A stretch of 64,000 nucleotides of DNA from Vicugna vicugna (taxonomy: Eukaryota): NCBI GenBank assembly GCA_013265495.1, contig MU057887.1, positions 1,811,985 to 1,875,984 on the forward strand. The letters run 5' to 3'. Below, in pieces: positions 48,340 to 61,491 of the stretch (positions are counted from its first letter, which is position 1; each line of letters opens with the position of its first letter). The notes beneath the pieces were generated by a model. The model saw only the letters and a list, made by a program, of their open reading frames with translations, was not told the DNA's origin and did no database searches. The translations under genes were made by a program, and so were the position numbers.

Positions 48340-51000
48340 GAAAAAATAGAAATAGAGTGTAACTTCCAGGAGAGGAAAAAGAAAGCTGATGAACAAAACT
48401 GATCAAGTCAAGAGAAGACAGGAAAGGAGGTGGGGAGACACAAAGGAAAAATTGGGTAAAGAGGAAATATTAACACTGTCCAAGGACATTCAGATATGAT
48501 CTGATGTGATCATGATGAATAAATTCCTAAACTCCCCTGTTCAGAGAGATTCACATTATACTTTTTAAATACTCTGTGTACTATTTACATGAGATATACC
48601 AAAAAAAAAATGGCATAAGATTTGAAGTAAGAAGATGAAAAAAATAAATGTGAGGAAATACTAACTGAAAGACAGCAAGGCTGAGAGTATCTATTCCCCT
48701 AAAAAGAGTTTTGAAGAGCGTTCACAAGGACAAAGGGGTGTGTCCTACGATGAAGAGAGGGCCTGGGTCACCCCTGGGCCTGTGTAAACAGGGCATCATG
48801 ACCCCGACAGAAAGCAGAGTGACATTCCCACAGCATAACTGGACGTGTGAACCCGTCTCTTACAGAAAATGTGGACCAACAGGGGAAAGAGTTTAAAAAG
48901 AGAGATTTAAAGAATGATGGTTTGATGTAATAGAAAGAATTTTGCTTTCCACAGACACAGTATGCATTTATTTCCAGCACATGAAAAACATTTACAAATG
49001 TTTGGCCTATTATAAGGGGAATTTCAATAAACCAAAAGGAAGTCTTGACAATATACAGACCTGTGCCTTCTGTCCACAATGCAATGAGACTAGAAATCAC
49101 AACCGAAGAGAACATTTAAATGCCCAAGTCCCCATATAAATAATCCACTGAAGTGAAAAATGGAATCCTGCTGGAAATTATAAAACAATAGTAAAAGGCT
49201 AAAATGTCAACACTTGTGGGATGCAGCTAAAGTAGTAATTAGAGGAGACTTTCTAGTCGCAAATACATCATAGGAAGACAAATATCTAAAAGAATTTAGC
49301 TCAACATTCCGCTTAAGCTGGACAACGAATGAGGGCAAAAGTGCAGGAAAAAAACTCATAAGGATTAAAATAAGAAAGAGAGAAGCAGAAGTTACGCCGT
49401 AGAAAAGAAACACAAATAACGGAAATCACTGATAAAACCAAAGTTAATTTTTAGACTAGACCAGCGATGTCATCAGGGGCCTTTGTTTTGCAGTTGATGT
49501 GTTTCCAGCACTCAAAAACAGCACGTACACGTAGCAGGGGTTGAATGAATATATGCTGAATGAAAAACAGAAAAAGTCTAAGGGATAAAATTCAACCACA
49601 TTAAGGAAAAAAAGGAGGCAAACTACAGATACTGAAGAAATTTTAAAAATCATAATTATCAGAGAATGAGAAGACAAGCCACAGACTGGGAGAAAATATT
49701 GGAAAAACAAATCTGATACAAGACTGTGTTCCATAATACACAATGAACTCTTAAAATGCGGCAACAAGAAAGCAAGCAACCTGATTCAAAAATGGGCAGA
49801 AGAACCGAGCAGACGCCTCACCAGAGAAGATGCACACATGGCAAGTAAGCCTATGAAAAGGTGCTCCGCATCTCAAGTCATCAGGGAAATGCAAACTGAG
49901 CCAGCAGCGGGGCATCACTGCATCCCCAACAGAATGGCTGGAATCTGAAAACTTGACAACATCAGATGCTGGTAAGGATGTGGAGCAATAGCAACTCTCA
50001 TCATGGCTCTGAGATTGCAACATGGTGCGGCCACTGTGGAGGACAGTTTGGTGGTTTCCTAAAACTAAGCATACTCTCACCACATGCTCCTTGGTATCTA
50101 CCCAAGGGAGTTGAAAACTTACATCCACACAGAAACCTACAGACAGATGTTTATTCATGATTGCCAGAACTTGGAAACAAGCAAGATGTCCTTCAGTGGG
50201 TGACCGGATAAACTATGATGCACCCCAGCAATGGAATGTTATGCAGCACTAAAAAGAAATGGGCCTCGAAAAGGCTTCATAAAGCCTTGAAAAGATATGC
50301 AAGAACCTTACATTCATTAGCAAGTGAAAGAAGCCAATCTGAAAAGGTTGCATGCTGTGTGATTCCAACTCTGACATTCTAGAAAACGCAAAGCTATGAA
50401 GACAGTAAAAACGCCAGTGGTTGTGGGGTGGGTGAAGAACGGACAGAACACACGGGATTTTTTAGGGCCGTGAAACTACTCTGTGTGATTCCGTGTTGGC
50501 GGATTCATGCCGTTAGACATTTGTTCAAACCCATAGAATGTTCAACACCAAGAGTGAACTCTGGGTGTCAGCTGTGGGCTTCGGGTGATGATGTGTCACT
50601 GTGGGTTCACCAGCTGTAACAAACGTAGCAGCTGGTGGGGGATGTTGATGGCGGAGGAGGCTGTGCACCTGTGGGAGGAGGAGGCACATGGGGGTACGTG
50701 GGAAGTCTCTGTACTTTCTTCTCAACATTGCTGTGACTCAAAATTTCTCTAAAAATGTAATCTATTAATTTTTAAAAAATCATAAGGGCGTCCTAGGAAT
50801 GGCTTTTGTACCTATGAATTTGAAAACCTGGATGAAATGGATAATTTTAAGAAAAAATACAAATTCCAAAAATTGACTCAAGGAGGAAATCGACGCTGAG
50901 TAGATCAGTAGTCACTGAATACCTTGCACAGGTGGCCACACAGCTCCCTTTCCGAAGGCGGTGTGCCAGATGGTTTTACAGCCTATTCTACCAAACCCCA
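48340..51000 (+). mobile_element. Very old L1 (inter-ORF/ORF2 5' part), host of nested insertions
   Basis: EN-region motifs (aaaacatttacaaa, tgtgggatgcagctaaagtagtaattagagg). ORF2 resumes after 50785 with aatttgaaaacctggatgaaatggataa. Confidence 0.8.
49656..50774 (+). mobile_element. L1MC-like 3' end nested within the older L1
   Basis: gacaagccacagactgggagaaaata...gggaagtctctgtactttcttctcaacattgctgtg terminus; 11-bp TSD AAAAATCATAA at 49645-49655 and 50775-50785. Confidence 0.88.
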
Positions 51001-53139
51001 GTGATCAGAATTTAGAGAGCAAAGCATGGGCTGGGGGCTCCGGGCACGGGTGGGGGCTTGAACGCCGGGGCGGCCTACATGTTCACAGCTGTGAGGGTGC
51101 TTTTCGCTTCTGTGAGCCTGAGGAGCGGCTGCGGAGTCTGCCGGGAGTGGGGTCTGGTGCTTTTCGCGGGGAACAGCCTGACTTCGGCCCCCACCGAGCA
51201 GGGATGAGGCTTGGGGGAGCTGAGGCCAGAATGCAGCCACAGGGGGGTTATTTGCTGCTTTTCACGTTTTGTTTATTTTTTCCATCAATTCTGCGGGTTG
51301 AGAGTCTACAGGCCCCCAAGCCCCCCTGCTTGCTGTGGAGTTAATAATGCAGCTTTTATTTATAACTCTTTAGGGCTGGACCACCCTGCATGCATGTGGT
51401 TTTAAATTGGATCCAGGAGTCACTGAAGGAAATGTTGACCTTAGACTGTACTGGTTAATTACAGCCTGTGACCAGGGCCTTAGTGTTCAGTGACCCAAAC
51501 TGGGGGTCGGTTTATCTTAAAAACAAACAAAAAGAGTTGGGGTGGGGGCAGTGTGCTTACTGCCCAGAGAACATGGCCTCTTCTTAGATGGAGGTAGAGG
51601 AACAACTCAGCAGACCTCAGCTTGCTCAGAAGTCGGGGAGCCAGGCTGGCGAGAGCGCGGAAGCAGAAGATGCGAGCGAGGCGGGGGAGGAGAGAGGTTT
51701 CTGGGGGAGATCAGCTCAGTCTGAGGCGGGGAAGCGCCTGAGGCCAACATGGAAACTTGAAACAGAAATGCACCCAGACTGCGCGAGAGGGAAGCGGCTC
51801 AGGTCAGGACCAAGGCGAGCACCAGGAGGGGGCGGGGCGGAGCAGGTGCAGCCAGGCCAGGAGGACGCGGCCACGCCACAGGCGTCCAGGCCCGAGGATG
51901 CTCGTCCACCTGTCTCTGATGTGGGGATGGGCGTTAGTCGGGGGCGGCTAGGTTCGGACTTGGCGGGCCCTGAGATCCCCAGAGCCGATGCCTTAGGTCA
52001 GCCCACCTCCCTCTCCTCCACGCCCCCCCTGTTTGTTTCTTCAGAGCCAGAACCACCACCTCCAGGACTTCTTGTTCCGGAGCTCGGAGCTGCCTCCACC
52101 AGACCTCTGACTGATATTTGAGGAGCGAATGAATGACAGTGCTTGGGGCCTCCCAGAGAGGCCAGGGCCCTGCAGCCAGTGAGGCCTGGGCTGGCCTGGC
52201 CCCCGGGCGTCCCCAGAGGAGCGGTTTTACCCAGCAGGGGGCGTGAGGGGCTGGCCTGGCTCATGGGGTTGAGTGGCTGTCTGTGTACTCAGCAAGCGTT
52301 CACTGAGGCCTCCTACCTCCCTGGCACTGTGACCTAGGGAGGGGACCCACTGGTGGGGACTCAGATGATGTTCAAGGTCACCCCAGTAAGTGAGATGCTG
52401 GGTGGTGCCTGGGCTCAGGGAGGCCGGACCCCAAAGCCCACGCCTCCCCGTGGTGACCCTCCGTGGTCACCCCAGTGGAGTCGAGGCCACAGGACGAAAA
52501 TGGTCATAGTCTGACCTTGGTCTCCCAGGTGGCAAGTGGCAGGAAGTTGCCCTGCTCCCCACTCCAGGCTGGAGTCTCTTAATTAGCTCTCAGTGGCCAC
52601 TGTCCTCACTGGGACGCCACCACCACCAGGGGACGCTGTTGGGGAGAGGGACCTGGGGACAGCGGCCCTGACCCGCTATTAAAAATAATTGGCCACCCAT
52701 GATGCCAAGAAAAATGTGTCCTCCTTCAGTCTGCCTGGGAGATGTGAATTATTCTCATGTTGCCATAGAAACCAAGATACGTTCCCACATCTTTCAGATA
52801 TTTAATTTTGTGAGCCCAGAGATGACCCTGTGAGCTCCTCGGAGAAGCAGGAGGCTGAGGGAAGGAGCGGGGAGGGAGAGAGAGGTGGAGAGGAAGTGGG
52901 GGAGAGAGACAGCCACAGACGGGGCTGAGCCCCTGCCGGGCGGATGCCCCCAGGGCAGTGACCACAGAGGGCCGTGCCCTGACCTCTGGGACTGGAGGCC
53001 GGGCTCCTGTAGGGCACCTGGGGTCCTGGGCGGTAAGGGACACTGGCCGCGGCTTGGTGGGACACCTGGCTCTGGCGGCTCCACCTCCATCAGACAGCTG
53101 CCCCCACGCCCTCTGTCCCCTCCCTGTTCCCCTGCACTC

Positions 53140-53290
53140 CTGTCCTGTACCTTCTGCCTTTGCTGGGACGCTCCCTCTGCTCAGAATGTCTTTCTCTGGC
53201 TGGGAAATCCCTTTATGTTTTTAAGGCCACTGTCAAGGCTCCATGCAAGGCTCCATCCCTGTCCCTGGAGACCCCACCACCCCTCCTCCA
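53140..53290 (+). mobile_element. L2 fragment
   Basis: gcctttgctgggacgctccctctgctcagaatgtctttc matches the L2 3' region. Confidence 0.6.
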
Positions 53291-55039
53291 GAAGCCCTAC
53301 CTAGCACTGGCCCCCACGTTTGCCTTAGGTGACAGCAGAGGACCTGCCACCTCTGTCCCCTCCTCCTGGCAGGGAGCAGCCTTGGCCACCCAGGCCCCCG
53401 CAGCCTCCTAGGGAGGAGTCTTGGGCGTGAGCGGAGGCATCATGCAGGAGCAGGGCCTTCAGCCAGCACAGGGGGCCTCGTGCCCGGAACCCCAGGCATT
53501 AGGCTTTCCTACATCTCCTCCTGGGGTTACAGGCCCCTGGCCACAGGGAGCCGGGATGGAGCCCAGGCGCTCTCCGGTCATCCCCGAGTGGACGTGCACT
53601 TCATCTGGGGGCTGTGGAGGGAAGGATGGACATCCAGGGAGGTCTGGGTGCAGAGTGGGTGTGTGGTGGGCGTGGCATGGCGGTGGGCGCGGCCGGCACG
53701 CTTGTCCATCCGTGGTCTTCCTCACTCACTTCGTGTTCTCTCCTCACGGTTCTGTGAAGGCTATTTCCTGCTTTTATTCCAGTTTCAAAGAATTTGCTTA
53801 GAAATGTCTCTGGCATTTTGCTAATAGTGAGAAGGGAAAAATGATCAGCCCTAAAAATCACAACTTTAAATGGAGCTGTTTTAAACAGCTCAGTTTCCAA
53901 ATTAGAGGCAGGTGTGAAGATGGAAGAAGCACATCAATCACTGAATTTCGGAGGGAAAGGGGAGGGCGGCACTGCCCTGTGACCCAGGGTGGGGGTGGGG
54001 GGTGGCAGGTGCGGGATGGAGAGGGTCCGAATGTGTTTAGCGCGTGACTTCAATTCTTCTCTGTCTCTGTCCAGATGTGTTTTTTCCATGATGAAGGTGG
54101 TGGGGGAGCCGTTAGAAAATTGGAAAGTAGAGGAAGGGGAGGAGGCAGGGCAGTCCCAGGAGCTGCGGGTGGGGCCGTCCCCTGGCGTCTCTGAACCTCA
54201 TCGCCCTTGCAAAGCATCCCAGCCACCTGAGCCACGCTTTCAACTCCTGCACAACTGCCTGGATAGACGGGGTCCCTGTGGCAGGCTGTGTCCCCTCCCT
54301 CCCTCGTCTTTCCCAGGTCCCAGGGTGGGCGGGAGAGGGCCACATGGCCCCCTTATGCTCACTCCTCTGCCCTGCGCAGCCCCCTGTTACAGACAGGGCC
54401 GTGGGTGGGCTCCCCTCCCTGCGTGTTCAGGCAAGGGGTCTCGCCCCCACTGGGGACACTGAGTCCCCGGCCCCTGGGTCTGACCCACGCCCTGGGCTGA
54501 GGGTCCCCGTCCTGCGTGCTCACCAGGGCTGCCGGGCAGAGCTGGGAGACCGTGCTCCTGAAAGAGTTCTGTCGATTCACCAAATTAATGTTTTAGTCCT
54601 CCACGTCGCGGGAGCTGTAATGAAGTGTCAACTGAACGAGAGGACTAAAAGAATGAATAAGATGTCTTTTATGGTGTCGTTACATCTTATAATAAGATTT
54701 ACTTGTCAACTTAAAGTGTCATAATGTAGTCATTTATTTGGTCACCTATGGAAGACGTGTGCGGTTCAAGGTTCCTGGTGTAATAATTACCCTGGAAAGG
54801 TTAGGGCATGTCCTCCCCCTCCACACCCTCCATCCCTTGGGGCTCCCGGGCCCTGGGTCCCAGCTTCCTCTGTCCTCTGGATCTGAGCCTCGCTCATGCA
54901 CATGCTGTGCCCAGCCCTGTGCTGAGGCCTGATGGAGCCCAGGGACTTGTCACTATTTGGTCTCTGTCTGTCTCTTAGCCCTGGGGTGGGGTGAGTGCTG
55001 ATAGAGGGGCTCAGGGCTGGACACGAGTGTCCTGGGGGC

Positions 55040-55450
55040 TCGTTCAGCCTTTGAGGGTCGGGGACCTCTTCCCAGAGAATGGGACCTCTCAGCTGAGCCC
55101 TGAAGGATGCATAGGAGTTCGCTGGCTAGAAGAGGGCCTTCTAGGGAGAGAAGAGCACAAGTAGAGGTGGGGAGGGGCTGGCCGGGGGCCCAGCCCAGAG
55201 TAGAGCCTGGGTGTGTGTGGTGGGGCGGGCGGGAAGGGGCAGCAGGACAGGCTGGGAAAGTAGTCTGGGACCAGCCCCTGGGGGGCTTGAACACCGTGCT
55301 CAGGAGCTCATCCTGTAGCAGCAGTGCCGATGGGGGAGCGACGCGGGCCTCCTGCCATGTTCAAGGCGTGTCTCTGGCTGAGGGGAGGGGCCGCCCCTGC
55401 CACGACCTGAGACAGGGGTGCCTTGGGAGGAAGTGCCCCCAGGCAGGGTG
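55040..55450 (-). mobile_element. L2 fragment
   Basis: cagctgagccctgaaggatgcataggagttcgctgg matches antisense L2. Confidence 0.6.
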
Positions 55451-58400
55451 GGGTTGAGATTAGTCCTGGACACGTGACCTGGGAGATGCCTGTTGGGTGA
55501 AGGGGACTGGAAGGCGTTGGATAAAAGGACCGGAGTCCAAGGAGAGCCCAGGAGAGCGATGCACGATGGGGGTCCCAGGCCCTACCTGGTGTCCACATCA
55601 TAGGGCGGGAGAGAGCTCCCTGGGAGGGACCAGAACCGCTGAGCTCGGCGGTCCGGGGTTGGGGCGGGGCATCTGGGGTGATGTGGGGACCTGGTGGGGG
55701 ACCGGGGAGCCTGGGGTTCCTTTCTGCGGACACGTGGCTGCTCCCCTTTGAGCACGACTCTGTGAAGGGGCTGCATCTGCTCGATCTGGGGGCCTGGCCT
55801 GCTTTCTGCTTCTGTACCCCAGGGCCTGGTCAGCTGCCCGGGCCCCTTGTGGGGCCGGGAGGGTCTCCTGTCTTCGTCTCTCAGCCCTGCTCCCCTCCCC
55901 TGTGTTCCCCCCGCCCCTCGCACCCCTGGGTGGGTGGCTGGGTTTGTAGGACAGGATGCAGGCCCGACTGCTGCAGCAATGCCCACATTCATCTCATCCT
56001 TCCTGAATCTGTGCCCGTGTGCTGTTCCCTCGCACCAGACTTGCCGGACATGAGCCTCCTGTGGCTGTGGGTGTAGAAAGTGATGCATCAAGGCTGGAAG
56101 GGCTCCTGCCTTCACTGCACAGGGCTCCCCACTCTGTCCCTGGGTGCGTCTGCCACCCCGTGGGCCAGCCCACCAGCCTGCCCAGGTCCGAGAGCTCAGC
56201 GCTCGGGACAGCGCTGCAGCATCTCTGGGTGAGCTCACCTCCTGGTTTGGCTACTCCTGGACCGGGTGGACACTGGCTGCGGCCACAGGGGCGTCAACAG
56301 AGGCAGAGGCACTGAAGCACCTTCCAGTGAGGTCTAAGGTGACCCCACACCCCTAACTCCAGCCCCGACACCACCCACACCCTTTCACTCTTCTGGGCGC
56401 TCTCGGTGCCCAAGGTTGCGGCGTCCAAATAGCTGGACCCAGTGCCCATGGCGCATCCCGGCGGGTGCAGAGGCCGTCCAAACTCCGTGTGGGGCCTCTG
56501 CATGGGCTGCCCGGCCCCGGATCCAGAGCCCTGCCGCCCACACAACCCCACGGAGAGATGGAGAGGCCTCCACCGTGGGCGAGTGGTTCCTCGGCCTGGT
56601 TTCCGAGAGGGCGTTTTGCTGACGTGCAGAATTTCCAGCAGGACAGCGGTGTGCTTTCTCTCAGCCCACAGAGGTCATTAATTTATACCACCGGCGGCTG
56701 CATCAGACATGGTTGCTGCGTCACGTTAACAAACCATAAAGACCCGCTGGGCCCAAGAAGGTGACCACCCCGTCCGCCTTCCTGGGGCAGGAGGGATGCT
56801 GGCCAGAGGTGTTTCTCCCCCAGGGGCACAGCCTGGGGGGCTCGCTGTCTTCCCTGGGGGCTGCATGCGGCTGAAATGACGTGGATCTGCGGAACCAGCC
56901 CCGGCGAGGGCTCTGCAGGGCTGCCCTGCTCCGTCCTGTTCTGCGGTGCGGAGGCCTGCTCTTTGAATTCTCCCTCCCTGGGGTCCTGGGCACGGCCTCC
57001 CCTTCGGGGGGCTCAGCTGAGGGCGGGTGAGAGCCTGTTACTGTGGCCCCGTGACCTCTAAGCCCCAAGGCCAGGCCCTGTCTTCCAAGGTGGACTCAGA
57101 GGTGGGCGCCCCTGCCCCCCCATCCTTTGGTTCAGATCATTAGAGTCAACCTTTCCAGTGACCGGAGTTCACACTGGGGGGAGAGCACCAAGCTTCTTTC
57201 TAAGGTCTCCCTCCCTGGAGGAGGCACCTTGTCCCAGCTCAGCCCAGCCTGGCGGTCAGACCGGGTGGGTGACAGCCGAGGCACATCTTAGAGGAAAGCA
57301 AGGAGGAAAGAGGCCTCCCCTTGGCTGCCCCTCTGTCCACCCAGCCCCGGTAGCCCTGGCCAGTCCGTGACAGGGGCTGGGTGTGCTGGCCGGGCCCCAG
57401 GTTGCTCTCCTGCGTGTGGCTGTCCTTCCCTCCTCCCGGGAGCCTGGGCGAGCAACTGGGGGAGCGAGTCGGGCGGCAGGACGGACGGGCCTGATGTTCC
57501 CAGATCCTGGCAGAGGAAGGGGGCGTCCAGGGCAGACCGTGTCTTTCCCTGGACCCGGGGCTGTGCCCTGGGGACGTCCTGTACCAGCATGACTCAGTGT
57601 GGAACCATCAGGCTGTGGAATTAAACCCGTCCTTGCCTGAAGGCCACAGGGCCAGCCACTTGGGTGCGAGTCCTAACTCCCAGTAACTCCCAGTTACGAG
57701 ATCATAGACTGTAGCTGACTAAGGTGCCAGTGAAACAGCGGCCTCGGCTCTTCCTCACAGGGCCGCTCGCTGCAGGGGCTTCCGCGCCGGTGACTTACAC
57801 CCCTGGCCGTGGTGTCGGTGGCAGTCATCCTGGGCTCAGCTCATGCTTCCGTCTAAGAAACACACACTCAGTTGATGCTTATGTGTGACAGGCCGCCCGA
57901 GAGCTTACCCACGTGGGGTGTGACTCAGGGAGCTGGCTACTCAGCAGTGGGATGGCCTCTGGTCCTTGCCGGCTGCAGGCCCTGCGGGCGGCCGCTCCGT
58001 TTAGCTCTGGATGGGTCTGTGGTCACCAGAAAGGGCGGCCGACGGACTTGGGGTCGCGGGAGCCTCGTCGGCCTCTCAGGCCCCGGCGTGGACGGTCGTC
58101 CCTGAGTGGAGCTGTGCTGGGCAGAGGGCACGGGCTCCCGCGCTCTGTCTGGGGTCCTGGGCACCCCCTGGCCCCTCCCGGCTCTGAAGACAGGAGCCAG
58201 GTGGGGGCATCTTGACAGAAGAGCCGGTTCCCCCCGGGGCCTGCTGCACCGCACCCCTGCAGGGCCCCGGCCCCCGTCCCTGGAACCCCGCCCAGACGTG
58301 GGCCTCTGACCTCAGGGTCCCCGTGAGGCTGCCAGCCAGTCATCAGGGAGAAACAGTTCCGGCACCTGGAACGTGCTGCTCCTGCGGAGACTTGCCAAGT

Positions 58401-60229
58401 CATCCTGGGTTTCTTGGACGCACCGGCCGTCTGTCCATGGGTGTGCGAGGGGGCTGTGACCGCCCTGCTCACGGCAGGACCCTCGTGTCCCTTGTTCCTT
58501 GTTCAGCAGAAACTGGATGCTGCCGCGGCCCCTCTCGCCTTCTCCCCGCGCCTCCGCCCCTACCTGCGTCTTAATTGGCAAAGGCGGCCGATTCCCATGC
58601 GTGGTGGTCACACAGTCCGCAGAGTCGATGGCATGGAACTCGAGGCCACCAGCAGGGCCCCCACGGCCGCGCCCTGTGCTCCACTGAAGGCCCGAGTCTT
58701 TGCTGCTTCAGAGCAGAAGGAGGGCAGGAAGGAGCTTCCCTCTCCTTGTGCCCGAAAAGGGGCCCCCGGAGAACACGCACATGGCGGGGGGGTGGGTCTG
58801 ACCTCCAGGTAAGTGGGAGCTCGGAGCAGCGAGCGCGGGGCGTTCTCCGCACGAGCGGACGGCCTGCTGCGGCTGTGACGGCGCTCCGGCCGCGAGGGGA
58901 GGGGCCCGGCGGGTGAGCGCCTCAGTCCACACTCAGTTTCGGGAAGCCCCTCTGGACCCACGCTGGTCTGGGGTCAGCTGAGCCAGGATTTCAGGGCCCA
59001 GGGGAACCCAGGGAGCGGGCCCACCCCCGCACGTCTGTAGCCAGCGCTCCGCTGTGCGGATGGCCGTGGGGTTGCTCAGAAGGCCTTGTGTGGGTTCGTT
59101 CCCCAGAATGGCTGCCATGGTGAACTGGGTTCTAAGAGCCGTGTTCGGTTCACACCCAGGGGCCTGGCGGGGCGGGGTGGGTGGGGGTGACATCTGTATG
59201 TGTGTCTGGATTTCGGGGTGGGTGTTTGGGATTGGCGGGGCAGCCGACCTCACACCCTGGTCCTTTCCTCTGCCAGCTCATGGCTTCCGCAGGGCCCTGT
59301 CCAAGTTCAGAGAGCACGGCGTCCCTGGAGGACACCAGGGCAGGGGGATCAGGAGCAGAGCTGGGGGCCGGGGGCTCATCTAGGCCCCTCTGTGTGTCCT
59401 GGCATCCCACAGCCCCGCTGGAACTGCCAGGACTAGGGTGAATCAGAGAAACCGGTTCCCTCTGGGAGGAGAGGCTGGTCGGTGTGGTGCTCAAATTTGC
59501 CACCTTGTGGATGAAGCTGATAGGGTAGGGCGGGACCTGGCCAGGGGCGGGGCGGCGGCAGCGGTGCCCCGGGCGGGTGGTGACTGAGGAGCTCCAGCAG
59601 CACAGCACCCCCCCCCACCGCCACCGTGCGCTGGCCATCTGCTGGGCACTGATGGACAGACGGCAGCCCCCGCCTCTCTGGCCAGAACCACCCCTCCTGG
59701 CCTCCTGACAAGGGCGCCCTCCTTGGCCAAACTCCTTGGTTAGCTGACCAGCTTCTTGTTGATTAGACAGGCTCCTCCGATGACTTAGGCATCCGGCCTC
59801 TGAGTCCTTGGCCTTCCTCGAAAAAGAATTCTGTGGGCAGGTTTGCCAGAGCCTCGCTTCCTCTGGTCCCTCCTATGCTTCCCCCCACAGACCCCTCACT
59901 CCGCTCTAGCTACAGGGCCCAGCTCCTTGCTGCTTTCAGAGCCGAGCTCCGCCCTGCACCCAATCTCTCCCTCTGCAGCAGCGCCTATAAAATCTGTCTT
60001 GCCGTTTTTAGCAAGTGTCTGGTGAATCGTTATCTTTAACATTATTCCCGGACTCCTTCCCCTCACTGTCCTTCTCTGCTCCTGTATCATATGTATTTCC
60101 TGCCCTCCTGGGCTCTCCCATCAGCACCCACACAGGCGGAAACAGCGCATCTTAGACAGCCCTTCCCGGCCTCACCCACTTCTGGCTTGTTCTACCCCGT
60201 GTCTGTTCCCTTTGCAACAGAAGCCTACT

Positions 60230-60535
60230 GGCCGGCCTGCTGTCCCTCAAACACACCACATGTGGCTGCCCCAGGGCCTTTGCATGTCCCCCAGCCTGGA
60301 GCATCCTCCCAGACACCTGCAGGGGTCACCTTTCCATTCAGTTAAGTTCTTTGCTCAGCATCACCTTCTCAGAGTCCCCTGGGTGAGCCGCACACGCTGC
60401 TCTCCTGTGTGCTGGCAGCCATCTGACCTGCACTCTCTGTGATCCCCAGTCCCTCTGCCCACCTCTGGGCTCACTGTCAGGCCCAGTGCCTGGCACACGG
60501 GCAGCACTCACTACGTGTTTTTCGACTGGACTGGA
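60230..60535 (+). mobile_element. L2 3' end
   Basis: ccccagggcctttgcatg...cagcatcaccttctcagag...cagtgcctggcacacgggcagcactca. Confidence 0.75.
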
Positions 60536-60841
60536 TTCTCTCACTTGGGAACTTCGGGGGGACATGTGAGCGGTGAGCCTGTTGGCAGCAGGGTTGGATT
60601 TGGGACCACCTGGGGAGATGCGGAGGTGGGGAGAGGCCCTGAGTCATCCCTCATGGACCACGGCGGAGGGAGCGAGATGCCTTGTTGGGGTCAGGGTGTC
60701 CCGGGGCTGGCCAGCGTTGCCAGGTCCTGAAAATGCTCGCCGTAGCTCCGTGTTCGGCCACGGTGCCCTTGGTGACTGAGGCTTCCTGGCGGGGTCTCTA
60801 TCCCTGGCAGCCCCCACGCTGACAGGGCTGCATGCTCCCAG

Positions 60842-61491
60842 CCCTCGGAATCCCTTCCGGGGACTCAGCTCCCACGCGGCCCAGAGGCTCTCCCCGAAGT
60901 CCGCCCCAGCGCATTCCCCACCGCAGCCCAGCGCTGGCACTGGGGCAGACTGCGCCCCATTCCTCCATCCGAGTGTTTGATGTGGGGATCCTGCCCCCGT
61001 TGTCTCCTCTTTCCCAGGCTCATCCCGCTCAGTCCCCCATCACCCGACGCAGGCCACCCAGGCCCCACCTGTGGTCTTCATTCTGGACCCCCCACCCCGG
61101 CCCACGGGGAGCCCTGCGTGCTCATCGCTGAGGGCACTTTGCCCCAGCTGTTCCGTCTCTGGGCCACCCTCGGAATCCCTTCCGGGGACTCAGCTCCCAC
61201 GCGGCCCAGAGGCTCTCCCCGAAGTCCACCCCAGCGCGTTCCCCACCGCAGCCCAGCGCTGGCACTGGGGCAGACTGCGCCCCGTTCCTCCATCCGAGTG
61301 TTTGATGTGGGGACCCTGCCCCCGTTGTCTCCTCTTTCCCAGGCTCATCCCGCTCAGTCCCCCATCACCCGATGCAGGCCACCCAGGCCCCACCTGTGGT
61401 CTTCATTCTGGACCCCCCACCCCGGCCCACGGGGAGCCCTGCGTGCTCATCGCTGAGGGCGCTTTGCCCCAGCTGTTCCGTCTCTGGGCCC
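60842..61491. repeat. 325-bp direct tandem duplication (2 copies, about 98% identical)
   Basis: ccctcggaatcccttccggggactc starts at 60842 and 61167; I count six internal substitutions. Confidence 0.96.

Noticed and set aside
58805..58815. Strong splice donors (CAG|GTAAGT at about 58808 and 62195) hinting at a downstream gene or lncRNA
   Set aside because: No supportable acceptor, ORF or promoter pairing; consensus donors occur by chance and transcript data are needed.
60977..61456. ORFs with internally repeated peptides
   Set aside because: A by-product of the 325-bp DNA duplication; the unit length is not a multiple of three.
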